The translations under genes were made by a program, and so were the position numbers. The notes beneath the pieces were generated by a model. It searched no databases. It was not told the DNA's origin and was given only the letters and a program-made list of their open reading frames with translations. A stretch of DNA of 64,000 nucleotides from Candidatus Komeilibacteria bacterium CG11_big_fil_rev_8_21_14_0_20_36_20. GTDB lineage: Bacteria > Patescibacteriota > Patescibacteriia > UBA1558 > GWA2-36-10. Shown in pieces: positions 28,219 through 38,919 of the stretch. How positions within the stretch are numbered: the first letter of the stretch is position 1; each line of letters begins with the position of its first letter. The DNA lies in contig PCWQ01000007.1 of assembly GCA_002787405.1 (NCBI GenBank), forward strand, positions 102,250 through 166,249, in the 5' to 3' direction.

Positions 28219-31200
28219 TTAATAATAATCATTATTAACCCAAGGGCAAAAATTATATTCAGCATCAAAGAAGAGGACGCTGGATCCTGCGCCGCCGTCA
28301 AAACTGACTTTAAAATCAATAACATTATCGCCGCTGTATTCTTCGCAATGATTAGCATTTAGAAAACCGGTGCCAATAGGAAAATCCCAAACATAACCGT
28401 CGCCATTATCATCTGAGATTGTATAAGGGACGTCATTAAGGGTAATTTTTATAGTGTCTATTGGTATGGAACCGGCAATAGACTGATACATACCTTCTAA
28501 TTCTTGTTCCGTAGTGCCGTGATAAGCTCTTTTCTTATGATTATCATTCCATTGACAAGCAGGCCCACAGCCAGCTTGACCATCACATTCTTCAAAATTA
28601 GCATAATTATTAGAAGCGCAATAAGTATGGCCATCACTGCAAGCGCCAAAAGAAGCCTCGCAATTATCTCCAGAACAATCACAAGCACTGGAAGAAATGC
28701 CATTCATAAAAGTAATTAAACTATTAGTTGTTGTTAAAGCTACAGTAAATAAATCAATGCCTGCTGTTGTTTTTAATTCATTTGCTTTAACAATAACTGT
28801 ATTGCTGGCTGTACCACCATCACTCATAAAAATAACCAATTTATTATCATAATTAGGACCGGCATTAAAAGTGTCTAAAGCCATCTGCAAAGCATTAAGA
28901 TGATTGGTACCGCCCATATTGGCAGAATAATTATTAACAATAGTCTTTAAAATATCAACCTCACCAATGTCGCGAAAATCACTATCAAGATTAGCATTAG
29001 TGCCATAGGAAACCAAAGCAATTTCAGCTATAGGATTAAGATTAAAAATAGTATCTATGGCATTGCCATCGCCGGCAATGGCTTCTCTTAAAGCACCAAT
29101 CATGCCACCCATACTGCCTGAACGATCAGAAACAAAGACAATACCCGTAGTGGCGGCTACTCCGGTGTCAATAAAGACATCAGTTAAAATATTACCGCTG
29201 ACCCGACAAGCTGGTAAATTAATAGTCGTGCTACCTCCTGGTGGTTCAAAATATCCTGCCGGAATATTACCAAAGACTACAGGTTCAATAATAACATCGC
29301 CAGCTGGCTGGCCACCTCCATTATCCCAACAAGTCCATTGACAATCATCAGTACAAACATTATCATTGTTGTCATCAACATCATCACACTCTTCTGGCTC
29401 TCCTGCCCCAAAATGTTCCTGCCTGATACCATCACCACACCAGCCACCAGTACTGGTTAAACAAGTGTCAGCACATAGATATTGTAAATCTGGACCAGAA
29501 TTTTCTGGTGTTGGCTGATCATTATAATCACTACCATCACAATATTCTTCAAATGTATTTTGACGAATATTATCGCCACACCAGCCAGCGGCTGTTGGTG
29601 TACAGCGGGTATAAACTCCCTGATCTATCCGACGGCAACAATACTGATAATATTCACTGGAATCAGGAGGATCTGGACGATTATAACCTATATTACAATT
29701 ATTAGTATCCACGTCATAATCACAAAGTTCTTCAAATTCATATTCTAAAATGACATTGCCACAGAACTCATACGTAAAAGTACAAGCTTCTGTGCAGGCA
29801 TAGGCATTGTTACTATTAGACTCGGAAGGAGTCGGCGCTTGATAACCAAAGAAATCGCATTCTTCAGCGTCATCTACATTGCCGTCTCCACAAAAACCTT
29901 CGTATGGGTCTCCGACATCACAACTTCTTTGACAACTATTGTTACAATAAATATTGCCATCCTCAGTGCAATCCCAACCATCTAAACCGTCTGGACTGCC
30001 AGTTGGGTCGCATTCTTCAGCGAGAGGAGTCCAAGTTCCATCTAAACAAGCAGTGGCTGGTGTACCATTATTACAAATTGGTTGACAAGTAATAGCACTA
30101 CAAGTTACCGGACCATTATCAGGAGCACAGCTATATTCTACGCCATTGAAATCATCTATGTTTTCAATTCTTTCACAAAGTTCATACATGGTTTCCAAAA
30201 ATCCATCGCGACAATAGCCGCCGCATTGCTCGGGAGTCAATTGTAAATCATACCAAGTACACTCTACTAGATCACAATCCCAAAATCCGGCATTGGCTTC
30301 ACAATCTGCCTGATTATCATATTGACCATCACTACAATAACAATTTAGCGCTCCAGCCGGATAACAACCCGCTCTTTGTTCATTCCACCAATCTTCAGGC
30401 CATAAAACTTCATCGCACATGTGGTCTCTAAAGTTACCGTCGCATTCTTCTCCGCCATCCACTACTCCATTGCCGCAATCTGGATCGCCCGGAAAGCCGG
30501 GATCATTATAAGTGCTACTGTCACAATAAGCGATCAAATTAGAAGAAACGCGAGGTATAGCATTAACTCCTACTGGGAACAAATTATTGGCAAAAGTAGC
30601 ACTAATATTAGGGTCAGGATCCTGATCATATTCAAAATTACTACCAATGTCATAACTCATGCCAGCTAGTAGATTATTATAAAAATAAATTAAAGAATTA
30701 AGCGGACAAGTAAACTCTAAATTATTCTCATCCCAACAAGTATCTGGATCAGCTCCTTCAGGACAACCATTAAATAAATTGATGGGGTCTATTCCTAAGC
30801 TCATATTTAAAGACTGGCCTAAAGTTTCTTGCCAAGAAGGCCAAACGCTGGTAGATATTCCAGCTACAAAGGTACCTGCATTTAATCTTGGATAATAAGG
30901 CATACAATTTCCGTTGCCCGGACATTGACCGTCATTATCACAACTAATATTACCATTATTGTCACAAGCTTTATGTAGTTGACCATATACTTCTAATAAA
31001 TCCCTTAAATCAATTAAACCCCCCAGACGCTTGGTGTCTCTTCTTAAAGCCAAACCGCGATCATGGCACCAATCCGCATTAGGACAATCAAAATCATTGG
31101 AACAATTAAGAGTTGGATCCCAATGACAAATATTATCCTCTAAATCAAGATTGATATTTAATTTAAAATTATTTACCAATTGACTGAAAATCTCCTGCGT

Positions 31201-34200
31201 CTGTAACGAAGCGCCGATATTATAAGCTAAAATGTAGACATTGGTATAAATATGATTATCAACAACATTAGTGGCAGAAACATAAATTGTATTACCGACC
31301 TGCAAGGCCTGATAACCGTTAACTTCTAAGTACTGCCCCGATTGATTTGGATTAGGGGCATAATGCTGATACCAGCCGTTGATTGATAAATGTTCAGTAT
31401 TAGGCATAATCCTAATAGCAATAACGTCTATGGACGGCTCCTCATCAGTGGCTCTAACCGTCACAATATTGGAAAAAGCTGAATTACCTGAACCATTAAA
31501 AGCAAAAATACGATAACTATAAACCTCCCCTTCTACTACAGTATCATCCGTAAATGTATCTTGGTTGGCGCCAACTGTGCCTATTTCACCCCACAAGCCG
31601 TTGAGATTGCGTCGTTGGATACCAAAACCATCTTCATCATGAGAGATATCATTCCAGCGCAACACGACCTCTTGGCTGCTGAAACTTTCATAACGCAAAT
31701 TAGTCGGAGCAGCTGGACGACCATAATCCTGTGCGCCCTGGGCTGTATCTGACTTAAATAATCGAGCTAATTTATTCCACCAAGATTGATCTACTTCTTG
31801 CTTGGCGAAAGCTAAGCTGCCTAATCTCTGATTAGCTAAATTACTTCCCTTAAAGGTTAATTCACCATTAATTAAGAAAATATATTCTTTCAAAACGCCT
31901 TCCGGAATTGGATTAGTCTCTACTGGCGGATAAGTAATATAAGGTAAACTTTCTTCATCTCCCCTTCCAGAAGACTGACAATAATAATCGGAAAAATTAT
32001 AGTCATTCTCTGCCCAAGGAAATCCTTGCAAACTAGGCCAAGGATTTTCGCATAAGAAAAGATTAACTTGAGCGCTATCATCAGCCCAGCCCTCATCAAC
32101 TGCTGAAACTATAACATTGATCACTTCAACACCATTGTCATTAAAAGGAGTGGCTTCGATCTCCTGTAAATTATCATTCTCTAAAATTATTAAATTGTTA
32201 TTAACTGACCAAAGATGATCTAATAAATTTCCATTAAGTAAAGTACCGGCAATATCATAAGTTTGAGCTAAATAAGAATGCTGATTGCCCGCCAAACCAC
32301 CATTAACGTCATTCGGGCAGTCATCTCTAGAGCAAGTGAACCAGTCTGGATCAGGATTAATGATTGTATAATTAATCTGGCAGATATGATCACCAGTAGT
32401 AAATCGCCAAGAATAACCATCTTGACCATTAATATTGTCATTATAGGTTGTTGGATCTAAAGGCAAACCATTAGCGCTCTCTACCCGTCCGTCAACAAAG
32501 ACTAAATGCTCTGTACTAGTGGCTAGATAATCAACCGGATTAAAAATAACTTCTGTCTGATCATTAATATTATCGTTATTAGAATCAAAATCGCGGAACA
32601 TAAAGCTACCATCCACTTCAATAGTTGGCGGATCATTCTGGGCATCTCCATAAATTTTTACATAATCGCGAACACTATCTCTGTCCATTACTTCGCTAAA
32701 AGTGATGCTGATGGCCGCATTAGGGCAAAAATTCATTTGCCCATCAACTGGCAGATGATCAACCACAAAAGGATTATCATATATTGGCGGTTGTTCCTCA
32801 TTAATATCTACCGTTAAAATATCACTGCCCGGCACTGTATCACCGTCTTGAGTAACATTAACCCAAATATTAGTATTACCATTATCTACCGGCGTGGCTG
32901 GTACACTCTGGAAACCAGTATCAATGGTAGCGACATTATTATCTGTAGATGACCAATCCCAGGTACAAAACTCATTACACTCTAAGGGTTGACCTCCACA
33001 AATGCCTCTATTTGAATAAGGATAAGCTGAGTAAGCTATATTATTATAATTATGAGTAATATAATTGTCCGGCTTAACTTCCACACTCTCAAACTGACAA
33101 TTTTCATTGCCTACTGTAAATTGCCAAATATGAATATTATCTAATGAATCACCATAAAGACTCTGGACATTAGTAGTGACTGTTACTTCATAACTATGCC
33201 CCAAGACCAAAGGAGTATGTTGAATAGTAACAATTCTGTCACCGCCCTCCAAGAGAGCGCCGGTAGTAATATTATTGTTAGTATTAAGATCAACAATGTA
33301 AAAATTAGTGGTATCAACCGTAACTGGATCTAATTCAGTATTAAATTCAACTCCCACAGCCGCATTATCACAAGAATCATCGCAAAATGGCCAATAATCC
33401 ATAATTAACAAATTCGGAGCCATAATAATCGGCCTAGATATATCAGTTAAATTAAAATTAGCAATAGTTGCTCTCAACTCTACATAATTAGGAATTAAAT
33501 TTTCAGTTACTCCGTCGGCAGTCAATTCTGTGCGGCCATGATGAACATTAACATTATTAATCGGACTGATGGTGGCTTGACCAGCATTGGTCGTTAAATC
33601 CCAGTTCCAATTATATTCGTCACTGCACATATTACAATTATCTGCCTGTGGTGAAGCTGTAAAATTCCGACTCTGCCCTAAATATAAATCAGCCGCCGGA
33701 CTTTGAGGAGTGACCGCAATATTAATGACTTCGCAAACATCTGTATTATCTCGAGTTCTAAAATTCCAAAAATGATCATCCGCCGGCTGCCAAGTATCCC
33801 CACCTACCTGCGAATGAAATAAACCTAAATTCACTTGATACCAAGTATTGGGCTGCAAACTATTATCTGGGGTAAAGACTACTCCTTCATGAGAGCTATT
33901 GTGGTTTACTATTTCCAAAGAACCGTTAATGGCTGTATTACAGCCAGTATTACGATTGGTGCATTGCCAGACTCTAAAATTATTTCCACCCCCCAAATCA
34001 GCGTCAACTACATCCCGAGTAAATAGCGCCACCAAACTAATGCCAACATAAGCATCCTCTGAATTATATCCGTCTAAATCATCCGGCCAAGGTGAAGGAC
34101 TTTGCAAATCATTATTACAATTATAGTTGTAATACAAACCAAATGGTTCAGCTTCAGTTTCAATCGTCCAGGAATAAATGCACTGGTTTTGTACTGGCCC

Positions 34201-36420
34201 GCAATCCACCGCGCAATAACTGCCAGTATTACCAGGACAACAAGTCTCGCCGGGATCACAATCGCTATTATTAGAACAACTACCAACTTCAAAAACCATA
34301 CTGTTGCTATCAACGCCATTGCTGTCTACAACCTTAACCGGTCCGGTGCCAGCATTATCAGGCACGGAAGTATATAAAACTTGTTGATTATTCCAAGTTG
34401 TAAAATTAGCATTTTGATTATTATAAAAGATAACTTGGCCTTGGTTGTTGCCAAAATTATCACCAAAAAAATTAACTTCCAACCCTGCCGGTCCATTATC
34501 TGGCTCCACTAGACACAAACCAGGGCCCGGCGTACCGCCGATCACATTAAACCCATATTCATTGCTGACCGCCCCGTCACTATTTCTAATAACCGTCAAA
34601 TCATAAGTATTGAGCGGAATACTAGGCACCTTAACGACTATCCGATCCGACTGCCAAAAACTGTTGCTACATTGTGGTGGAAAATCAAAATCTCCGTCGC
34701 TGTTATCAAATTTCAACTGACCCTGTACTGAACCAAAATTAGCTCCCATCACCGTAATATATTGTCCGGTCGGACCAGCTCCCGGAGAAACTTCAGTAAT
34801 AATCGGCAAGCCTTCTTCCGGCACCAAGGCCGTAAAAGGATACGGATTACTTAATTCATTATTTAATAAATTCTCCAGTTGAACACTGGCCTCACCAATC
34901 ACATTAGGAACTTCCGCTGTGGCTTCAGTCGGCGGATTAATCACATTAGTATCATAACTAGGAATCGTACCGAAAGAAATTTCAGCGTTAGGATTATTAG
35001 GAAAATTGATACCCTCAATATTAATCACATCTTCATAATATCCGGAATCGCTACTCAAACTACAAATGCCCGGACGAGTAATGCCGTTTTCATCAAAGTC
35101 AACCGCATTACTGTAATTACCATCACTAGTTAAAACATCAACTTGCCCATCAGCTACCCCGGCGGGCAGACCGATAATAATATAATCATCATGCCAATAA
35201 TCAGCCGCGCATTGGGGATTAAAGTTAGTTGGCGGCACACCCAAGATACGGTTGTTCATCGCATCACTAAAATAAACACTGCCCACCATATCACCAAAAT
35301 TATAACCAAAAATAGTCACTAAATTACCGCCAGTACCGTTGTCTGGAGAAATATAACTGATATGCGGCATCCCACCACCACTGCCTTCACAAATATTCAA
35401 AGGCCGGCAAGAATTAGAACTACAACATAAAGAAGCGCAATCATTATTGTCATTACAAGTGACGGTAAAATAATCTGAATCCGTACCGTTAGCATTAGTG
35501 ACTATAATATTACTAGATAAAGCATTAAGATCTATATCAATATCTAATTCTGTGTCTGACCAACTATTAAAATTCAAAACCACTTGCTGCTCTCCGTTAT
35601 TCCAGCTAGTCATGGTTACTGAACCATTGTCGCTAAAACCAACGCCCTCTACGCTGACGTGTTGTAAGCCAGCTGGACCAAAATCAGGATCAAGACAAGC
35701 AACATTAAGACCGGGCAAACCATCAATAATGGTAAAATTATCCGCAATCTCACCACTAGCACGATTATCACTACTCGTTAAATTAATAACATAGCCCCCC
35801 AAAGGCAAATCAAGTACTTTGGCTTTGGCCTTATGATTATTCCAAATAGGATTGCCGCCGCAAGTAACTAGCTCCGCTACATTGCCATTAAAATCAACTT
35901 GGCCGGGTAAATCGCCAAAATGCCAACCAATGATCGTAACATAACTACCCACTGTTCCTTGTTCTGGCCTAATGTCACAAATAATAATTTCATCTGGATC
36001 AGCTGGCTCTGGACAGGTGGGAATATTAGGATCATTCTGGCCATTGCCACCCTGACCGCCGCTAGTTTCTTCCACTAAAGAACTTACAATAAACCGAGCA
36101 ATGGCATAAGCGGACAAAACAATAACTAAACCAATAACTGCGCTGATCATAATAGTCTTGGCTCTTTGAACCTTATCAACTTCACCACGAGAAGTCATCC
36201 AGATAAAACCACCGTAAAGGATTAAAATAACTGCCAGAATTCCTAAAAGGCCAAGAAAGATATTAATAATACCGGCCACAGTCTCGGCAATGGGTTTAGT
36301 ACCTAACTCTGTACTAGTTAAATCATTCACCCCAAAAGGATCAGCTTGGGCAAAAACCTTATTAACCCCAATCCAGGTCAACAAGCCAGAAACTATTAAG
36401 ATGGAAAACACTCTCCTCAT
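28219..36420 (-). CDS. Giant (2733 aa) pilin-fused surface protein: TrbC/VirB2-like pilin, IPT/TIG repeats, Ig-like domains, FN3, pseudopilin-like segment, Cys-rich repeats, VWA
   Basis: ILYGGFIWMTS.G..KV..AK..IS AVIGL; ISPDNG..G..VTIFG.NFG repeats; PAAPTNL..W FN3; CGNGVVDGGEECD repeats; VFVSDRSGSM MIDAS. Confidence 0.85.
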   Translation of the reverse strand: MRRVFSILIVSGLLTWIGVNKVFAQADPFGVNDLTSTELGTKPIAETVAGIINIFLGLLGILAVILILYGGFIWMTSRGEVDKVQRAKTIMISAVIGLVIVLSAYAIARFIVSSLVEETSGGQGGNGQNDPNIPTCPEPADPDEIIICDIRPEQGTVGSYVTIIGWHFGDLPGQVDFNGNVAELVTCGGNPIWNNHKAKAKVLDLPLGGYVINLTSSDNRASGEIADNFTIIDGLPGLNVACLDPDFGPAGLQHVSVEGVGFSDNGSVTMTSWNNGEQQVVLNFNSWSDTELDIDIDLNALSSNIIVTNANGTDSDYFTVTCNDNNDCASLCCSSNSCRPLNICEGSGGGMPHISYISPDNGTGGNLVTIFGYNFGDMVGSVYFSDAMNNRILGVPPTNFNPQCAADYWHDDYIIIGLPAGVADGQVDVLTSDGNYSNAVDFDENGITRPGICSLSSDSGYYEDVINIEGINFPNNPNAEISFGTIPSYDTNVINPPTEATAEVPNVIGEASVQLENLLNNELSNPYPFTALVPEEGLPIITEVSPGAGPTGQYITVMGANFGSVQGQLKFDNSDGDFDFPPQCSNSFWQSDRIVVKVPSIPLNTYDLTVIRNSDGAVSNEYGFNVIGGTPGPGLCLVEPDNGPAGLEVNFFGDNFGNNQGQVIFYNNQNANFTTWNNQQVLYTSVPDNAGTGPVKVVDSNGVDSNSMVFEVGSCSNNSDCDPGETCCPGNTGSYCAVDCGPVQNQCIYSWTIETEAEPFGLYYNYNCNNDLQSPSPWPDDLDGYNSEDAYVGISLVALFTRDVVDADLGGGNNFRVWQCTNRNTGCNTAINGSLEIVNHNSSHEGVVFTPDNSLQPNTWYQVNLGLFHSQVGGDTWQPADDHFWNFRTRDNTDVCEVINIAVTPQSPAADLYLGQSRNFTASPQADNCNMCSDEYNWNWDLTTNAGQATISPINNVNVHHGRTELTADGVTENLIPNYVELRATIANFNLTDISRPIIMAPNLLIMDYWPFCDDSCDNAAVGVEFNTELDPVTVDTTNFYIVDLNTNNNITTGALLEGGDRIVTIQHTPLVLGHSYEVTVTTNVQSLYGDSLDNIHIWQFTVGNENCQFESVEVKPDNYITHNYNNIAYSAYPYSNRGICGGQPLECNEFCTWDWSSTDNNVATIDTGFQSVPATPVDNGNTNIWVNVTQDGDTVPGSDILTVDINEEQPPIYDNPFVVDHLPVDGQMNFCPNAAISITFSEVMDRDSVRDYVKIYGDAQNDPPTIEVDGSFMFRDFDSNNDNINDQTEVIFNPVDYLATSTEHLVFVDGRVESANGLPLDPTTYNDNINGQDGYSWRFTTGDHICQINYTIINPDPDWFTCSRDDCPNDVNGGLAGNQHSYLAQTYDIAGTLLNGNLLDHLWSVNNNLIILENDNLQEIEATPFNDNGVEVINVIVSAVDEGWADDSAQVNLFLCENPWPSLQGFPWAENDYNFSDYYCQSSGRGDEESLPYITYPPVETNPIPEGVLKEYIFLINGELTFKGSNLANQRLGSLAFAKQEVDQSWWNKLARLFKSDTAQGAQDYGRPAAPTNLRYESFSSQEVVLRWNDISHDEDGFGIQRRNLNGLWGEIGTVGANQDTFTDDTVVEGEVYSYRIFAFNGSGNSAFSNIVTVRATDEEPSIDVIAIRIMPNTEHLSINGWYQHYAPNPNQSGQYLEVNGYQALQVGNTIYVSATNVVDNHIYTNVYILAYNIGASLQTQEIFSQLVNNFKLNINLDLEDNICHWDPTLNCSNDFDCPNADWCHDRGLALRRDTKRLGGLIDLRDLLEVYGQLHKACDNNGNISCDNDGQCPGNGNCMPYYPRLNAGTFVAGISTSVWPSWQETLGQSLNMSLGIDPINLFNGCPEGADPDTCWDENNLEFTCPLNSLIYFYNNLLAGMSYDIGSNFEYDQDPDPNISATFANNLFPVGVNAIPRVSSNLIAYCDSSTYNDPGFPGDPDCGNGVVDGGEECDGNFRDHMCDEVLWPEDWWNEQRAGCYPAGALNCYCSDGQYDNQADCEANAGFWDCDLVECTWYDLQLTPEQCGGYCRDGFLETMYELCERIENIDDFNGVEYSCAPDNGPVTCSAITCQPICNNGTPATACLDGTWTPLAEECDPTGSPDGLDGWDCTEDGNIYCNNSCQRSCDVGDPYEGFCGDGNVDDAEECDFFGYQAPTPSESNSNNAYACTEACTFTYEFCGNVILEYEFEELCDYDVDTNNCNIGYNRPDPPDSSEYYQYCCRRIDQGVYTRCTPTAAGWCGDNIRQNTFEEYCDGSDYNDQPTPENSGPDLQYLCADTCLTSTGGWCGDGIRQEHFGAGEPEECDDVDDNNDNVCTDDCQWTCWDNGGGQPAGDVIIEPVVFGNIPAGYFEPPGGSTTINLPACRVSGNILTDVFIDTGVAATTGIVFVSDRSGSMGGMIGALREAIAGDGNAIDTIFNLNPIAEIALVSYGTNANLDSDFRDIGEVDILKTIVNNYSANMGGTNHLNALQMALDTFNAGPNYDNKLVIFMSDGGTASNTVIVKANELKTTAGIDLFTVALTTTNSLITFMNGISSSACDCSGDNCEASFGACSDGHTYCASNNYANFEECDGQAGCGPACQWNDNHKKRAYHGTTEQELEGMYQSIAGSIPIDTIKITLNDVPYTISDDNGDGYVWDFPIGTGFLNANHCEEYSGDNVIDFKVSFDGGAGSSVLFFDAEYNFCPWVNNDYY

Positions 36421-36455
36421 TGTGTTTTGTATATTTTATTTATTCTTATTTAAAA

Positions 36456-38021
36456 TTAAACATCTGGACCTTCACATCTGGTGCCGGCTGCGCAAGGCTG
36501 AGTTGGATCCTGATCACAAGCACAGGAACCGCCCGGATCATCACAAACGCAAGGATACCAGCAATTTTGCAAAATATCCTGAATGCCGGAGGAAAAAGTA
36601 GGTGTATATTGGGTTAAAGGATCAAAACGATCATGTCTGACGCTGACGGTATTATTGTCAACCACTCTCAACCAATAATTAACCGGCAGATTAGGAACCT
36701 TAACTAAATTTATATGCTCACTGTTTACTGAGCTAGATAATAAATTTTTACTAAAAACTGCTTCTATCGGATCATCTAAAGACAAATCCGCTCCTGAATC
36801 CATAGATATAATATAAGGAGGAGTCAAATCAATGGTGTCGTTGGTGCCAAATGACCAAATATAATTATTAGCTAAACTATTACCAGCCATATCCTCAATG
36901 GCAGTAGTCACTGTTCCTGTTAAATTTTCATTACCTGGCAAACAATAAACATCACCACCACAAGAATTAACGCCACATAATTCATCAGTAATAAACTCTA
37001 CGGTGCGATATTGATTAGAAATTAGATAAGAACCATTTAAAATATTAGCCCCCGCCAACGTAATATTCTGAAAAGGAGGATAAACACCAGCCGCGAATAT
37101 TGGATTAACGGCTTCAGAAAAATTCATCTGCACTGCACTATTGCGCGGATTATTAGTAGAACCATCAACTGGTAAAACTGAAGTTACTTCTGGTGGTATT
37201 AAATCAAGTTCATTATTAACTGTAAAATACCAATCATAAAATCCAGTAAATGGAAAGGCTGGCTGACCATTGCCGGTTTCTAAATTAATCAAAACTGCTT
37301 GATATCTCATACTGCCGCCAGCATTGCCTAAATGATTATTAGGATCGTTGCCATAAGGATTTATTTCAAAAACCTGATGGTTAGCATCATATTGGACCAT
37401 TAAATCAGCACCGAGGATCACATTATCGTCTTCATCAATTAATTGAATATAGCTATCATCAATACATTCAGTGTAATTTGGATTACAACCATTGGTAGTA
37501 ACAAAATTCAGATTCATTGGCTCGTTAAAAGTAATATAAATATTAGTATTGCGCGGTATATCAGTGGCATTTCTAGCTGGATAATGATTTTCTAACACGC
37601 CGCCACCCATCCCTTGGCCACCATGGTATTGACCGCCTCCTCCTCCTCCACCAAAGAAAGCATTACCGCTTTCCCGTAAAAGAAAACGGGCAATGGCATA
37701 GGCCGATAGAATAATTACTAAACCAATCACTCCGTTGATAATAATTCTTTTAGCTCGATCAATTTTATCAGCGCTGCCCTGAGAAGTCATCCAGATAAAA
37801 CCACCATAAAGAATAATTAAGGTAGCTAAAATACCTAAAAAGCCAAGAAAGATATTAATAATACCAGCAATTGTATCCGTTAAATCCTTGGTTCCTAGGA
37901 CAGTATTATTTAACTCATTGACGCCAAAAGGATCGCTTTGCGCCATAACAATATCAGGAAACAAAAAAATAACTGCCAAAAAAATAATAAACAGGACAGT
38001 TATTTTCTTATTAATTAGCAT
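36456..38021 (-). CDS. Pilin-domain protein with three Ig-like (Big_5-type) domains
   Basis: Same AQxDPFGVN...YGGFIWMTS pilin N-terminus; PRNTNIYITFNEPM and PRNSAVQMNFSEAV repeats. Confidence 0.85.
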   Translation of the reverse strand: MLINKKITVLFIIFLAVIFLFPDIVMAQSDPFGVNELNNTVLGTKDLTDTIAGIINIFLGFLGILATLIILYGGFIWMTSQGSADKIDRAKRIIINGVIGLVIILSAYAIARFLLRESGNAFFGGGGGGGQYHGGQGMGGGVLENHYPARNATDIPRNTNIYITFNEPMNLNFVTTNGCNPNYTECIDDSYIQLIDEDDNVILGADLMVQYDANHQVFEINPYGNDPNNHLGNAGGSMRYQAVLINLETGNGQPAFPFTGFYDWYFTVNNELDLIPPEVTSVLPVDGSTNNPRNSAVQMNFSEAVNPIFAAGVYPPFQNITLAGANILNGSYLISNQYRTVEFITDELCGVNSCGGDVYCLPGNENLTGTVTTAIEDMAGNSLANNYIWSFGTNDTIDLTPPYIISMDSGADLSLDDPIEAVFSKNLLSSSVNSEHINLVKVPNLPVNYWLRVVDNNTVSVRHDRFDPLTQYTPTFSSGIQDILQNCWYPCVCDDPGGSCACDQDPTQPCAAGTRCEGPDV

Positions 38022-38053
38022 GGGAAATTAATTAATATTTAACTTATCTAAAA

Positions 38054-38494
38054 TTAAGTACTCAGCTTTGCCTTGACTAATTGCTGAACCGTCTTACCAT
38101 CGGCTTTACCTTCAGTTCTAGACATCACCTCTTTCATTACTTGCCCAAAATTATCATAGCCAGCGGCAATAACTTGATCAATAATATTTTCCAAAGCATC
38201 TTCAGATATCATAGCCGGTAAGTAAATAGATAGAATATCCATCTCTCTTTGCTCCTTTTCAGCCAACTCTGGACGATTACCTTGTTGGAAAGCCTCAATG
38301 GAATCTCGCCTTCTTTTAACCTCCTGACGAATAATAGCTATGACTTGATCATCACTTAATTCTTCCTTACTCTTAAGCTCAATATTTTTATTATGCAAAG
38401 CACTTTTTAATAAACGCAAAGTATTCAATTTTCCCTGATGTTTATCTTTTAAAGCAGTTTGTAAATCCTTCTCAATATTTTTTTGTAAAGACAT
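38054..38494 (-). CDS. GatB/YqeY domain protein
   Basis: LRLLKSAL...KRRRDSIEAF..GNRPELAEKE..E..IL..YLP. Confidence 0.93.
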   Translation of the reverse strand: MSLQKNIEKDLQTALKDKHQGKLNTLRLLKSALHNKNIELKSKEELSDDQVIAIIRQEVKRRRDSIEAFQQGNRPELAEKEQREMDILSIYLPAMISEDALENIIDQVIAAGYDNFGQVMKEVMSRTEGKADGKTVQQLVKAKLST

Positions 38495-38557
38495 AGAATA
38501 AAATACTCATTAGATCCTTGCTCATCACCACTGTGATTAGCAAGAGCTAAAGATTAT

Positions 38558-38803
38558 TTAGCGTTTTTTGTTACGTTTCAAAGCTAATTCGTCAAATTTA
38601 CCTATTTTCTTCAAATAATCAATACGAGTGTTGATTTTCTTTGAACGCAGAGCGCTGTCTTTTAATTCTCTCGTACTTTTTCCTTTACTGAAAAATCTTA
38701 TTTTTTTAGCTTGTAAAATTTTTCCACTCTGGATTGTTTTTTTAGTGAATCTGCGGATCATGCTTTCAAAAGACTCATTGTCTTTTCTCCTGACTTCCAA
38801 CAA
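38558..38803 (-). CDS. rpsU: 30S ribosomal protein S21 (probable TTG start at 38803)
   Basis: EVRRKDNESFESMIRRF; upstream of yqeY; SD GGGAGGTG. Confidence 0.9.
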   Translation of the reverse strand: MLEVRRKDNESFESMIRRFTKKTIQSGKILQAKKIRFFSKGKSTRELKDSALRSKKINTRIDYLKKIGKFDELALKRNKKR

Positions 38804-38919
38804 ACAAACCACCTCCCTTTCTTTAAAATTATTTTAATTAAAAATGATTAACAGAATAATGCTAAACTGCAACTATTCTTACTAATATAATGACAAATTT
38901 TCTACTAAAAGTCAAGGGA

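Noticed and set aside
36100-37945. Diversity-generating retroelement TR/VR pair
   Set aside because: Differences between the copies are not adenine-specific, both copies are coding N-termini, and no reverse transcriptase is present in the window.
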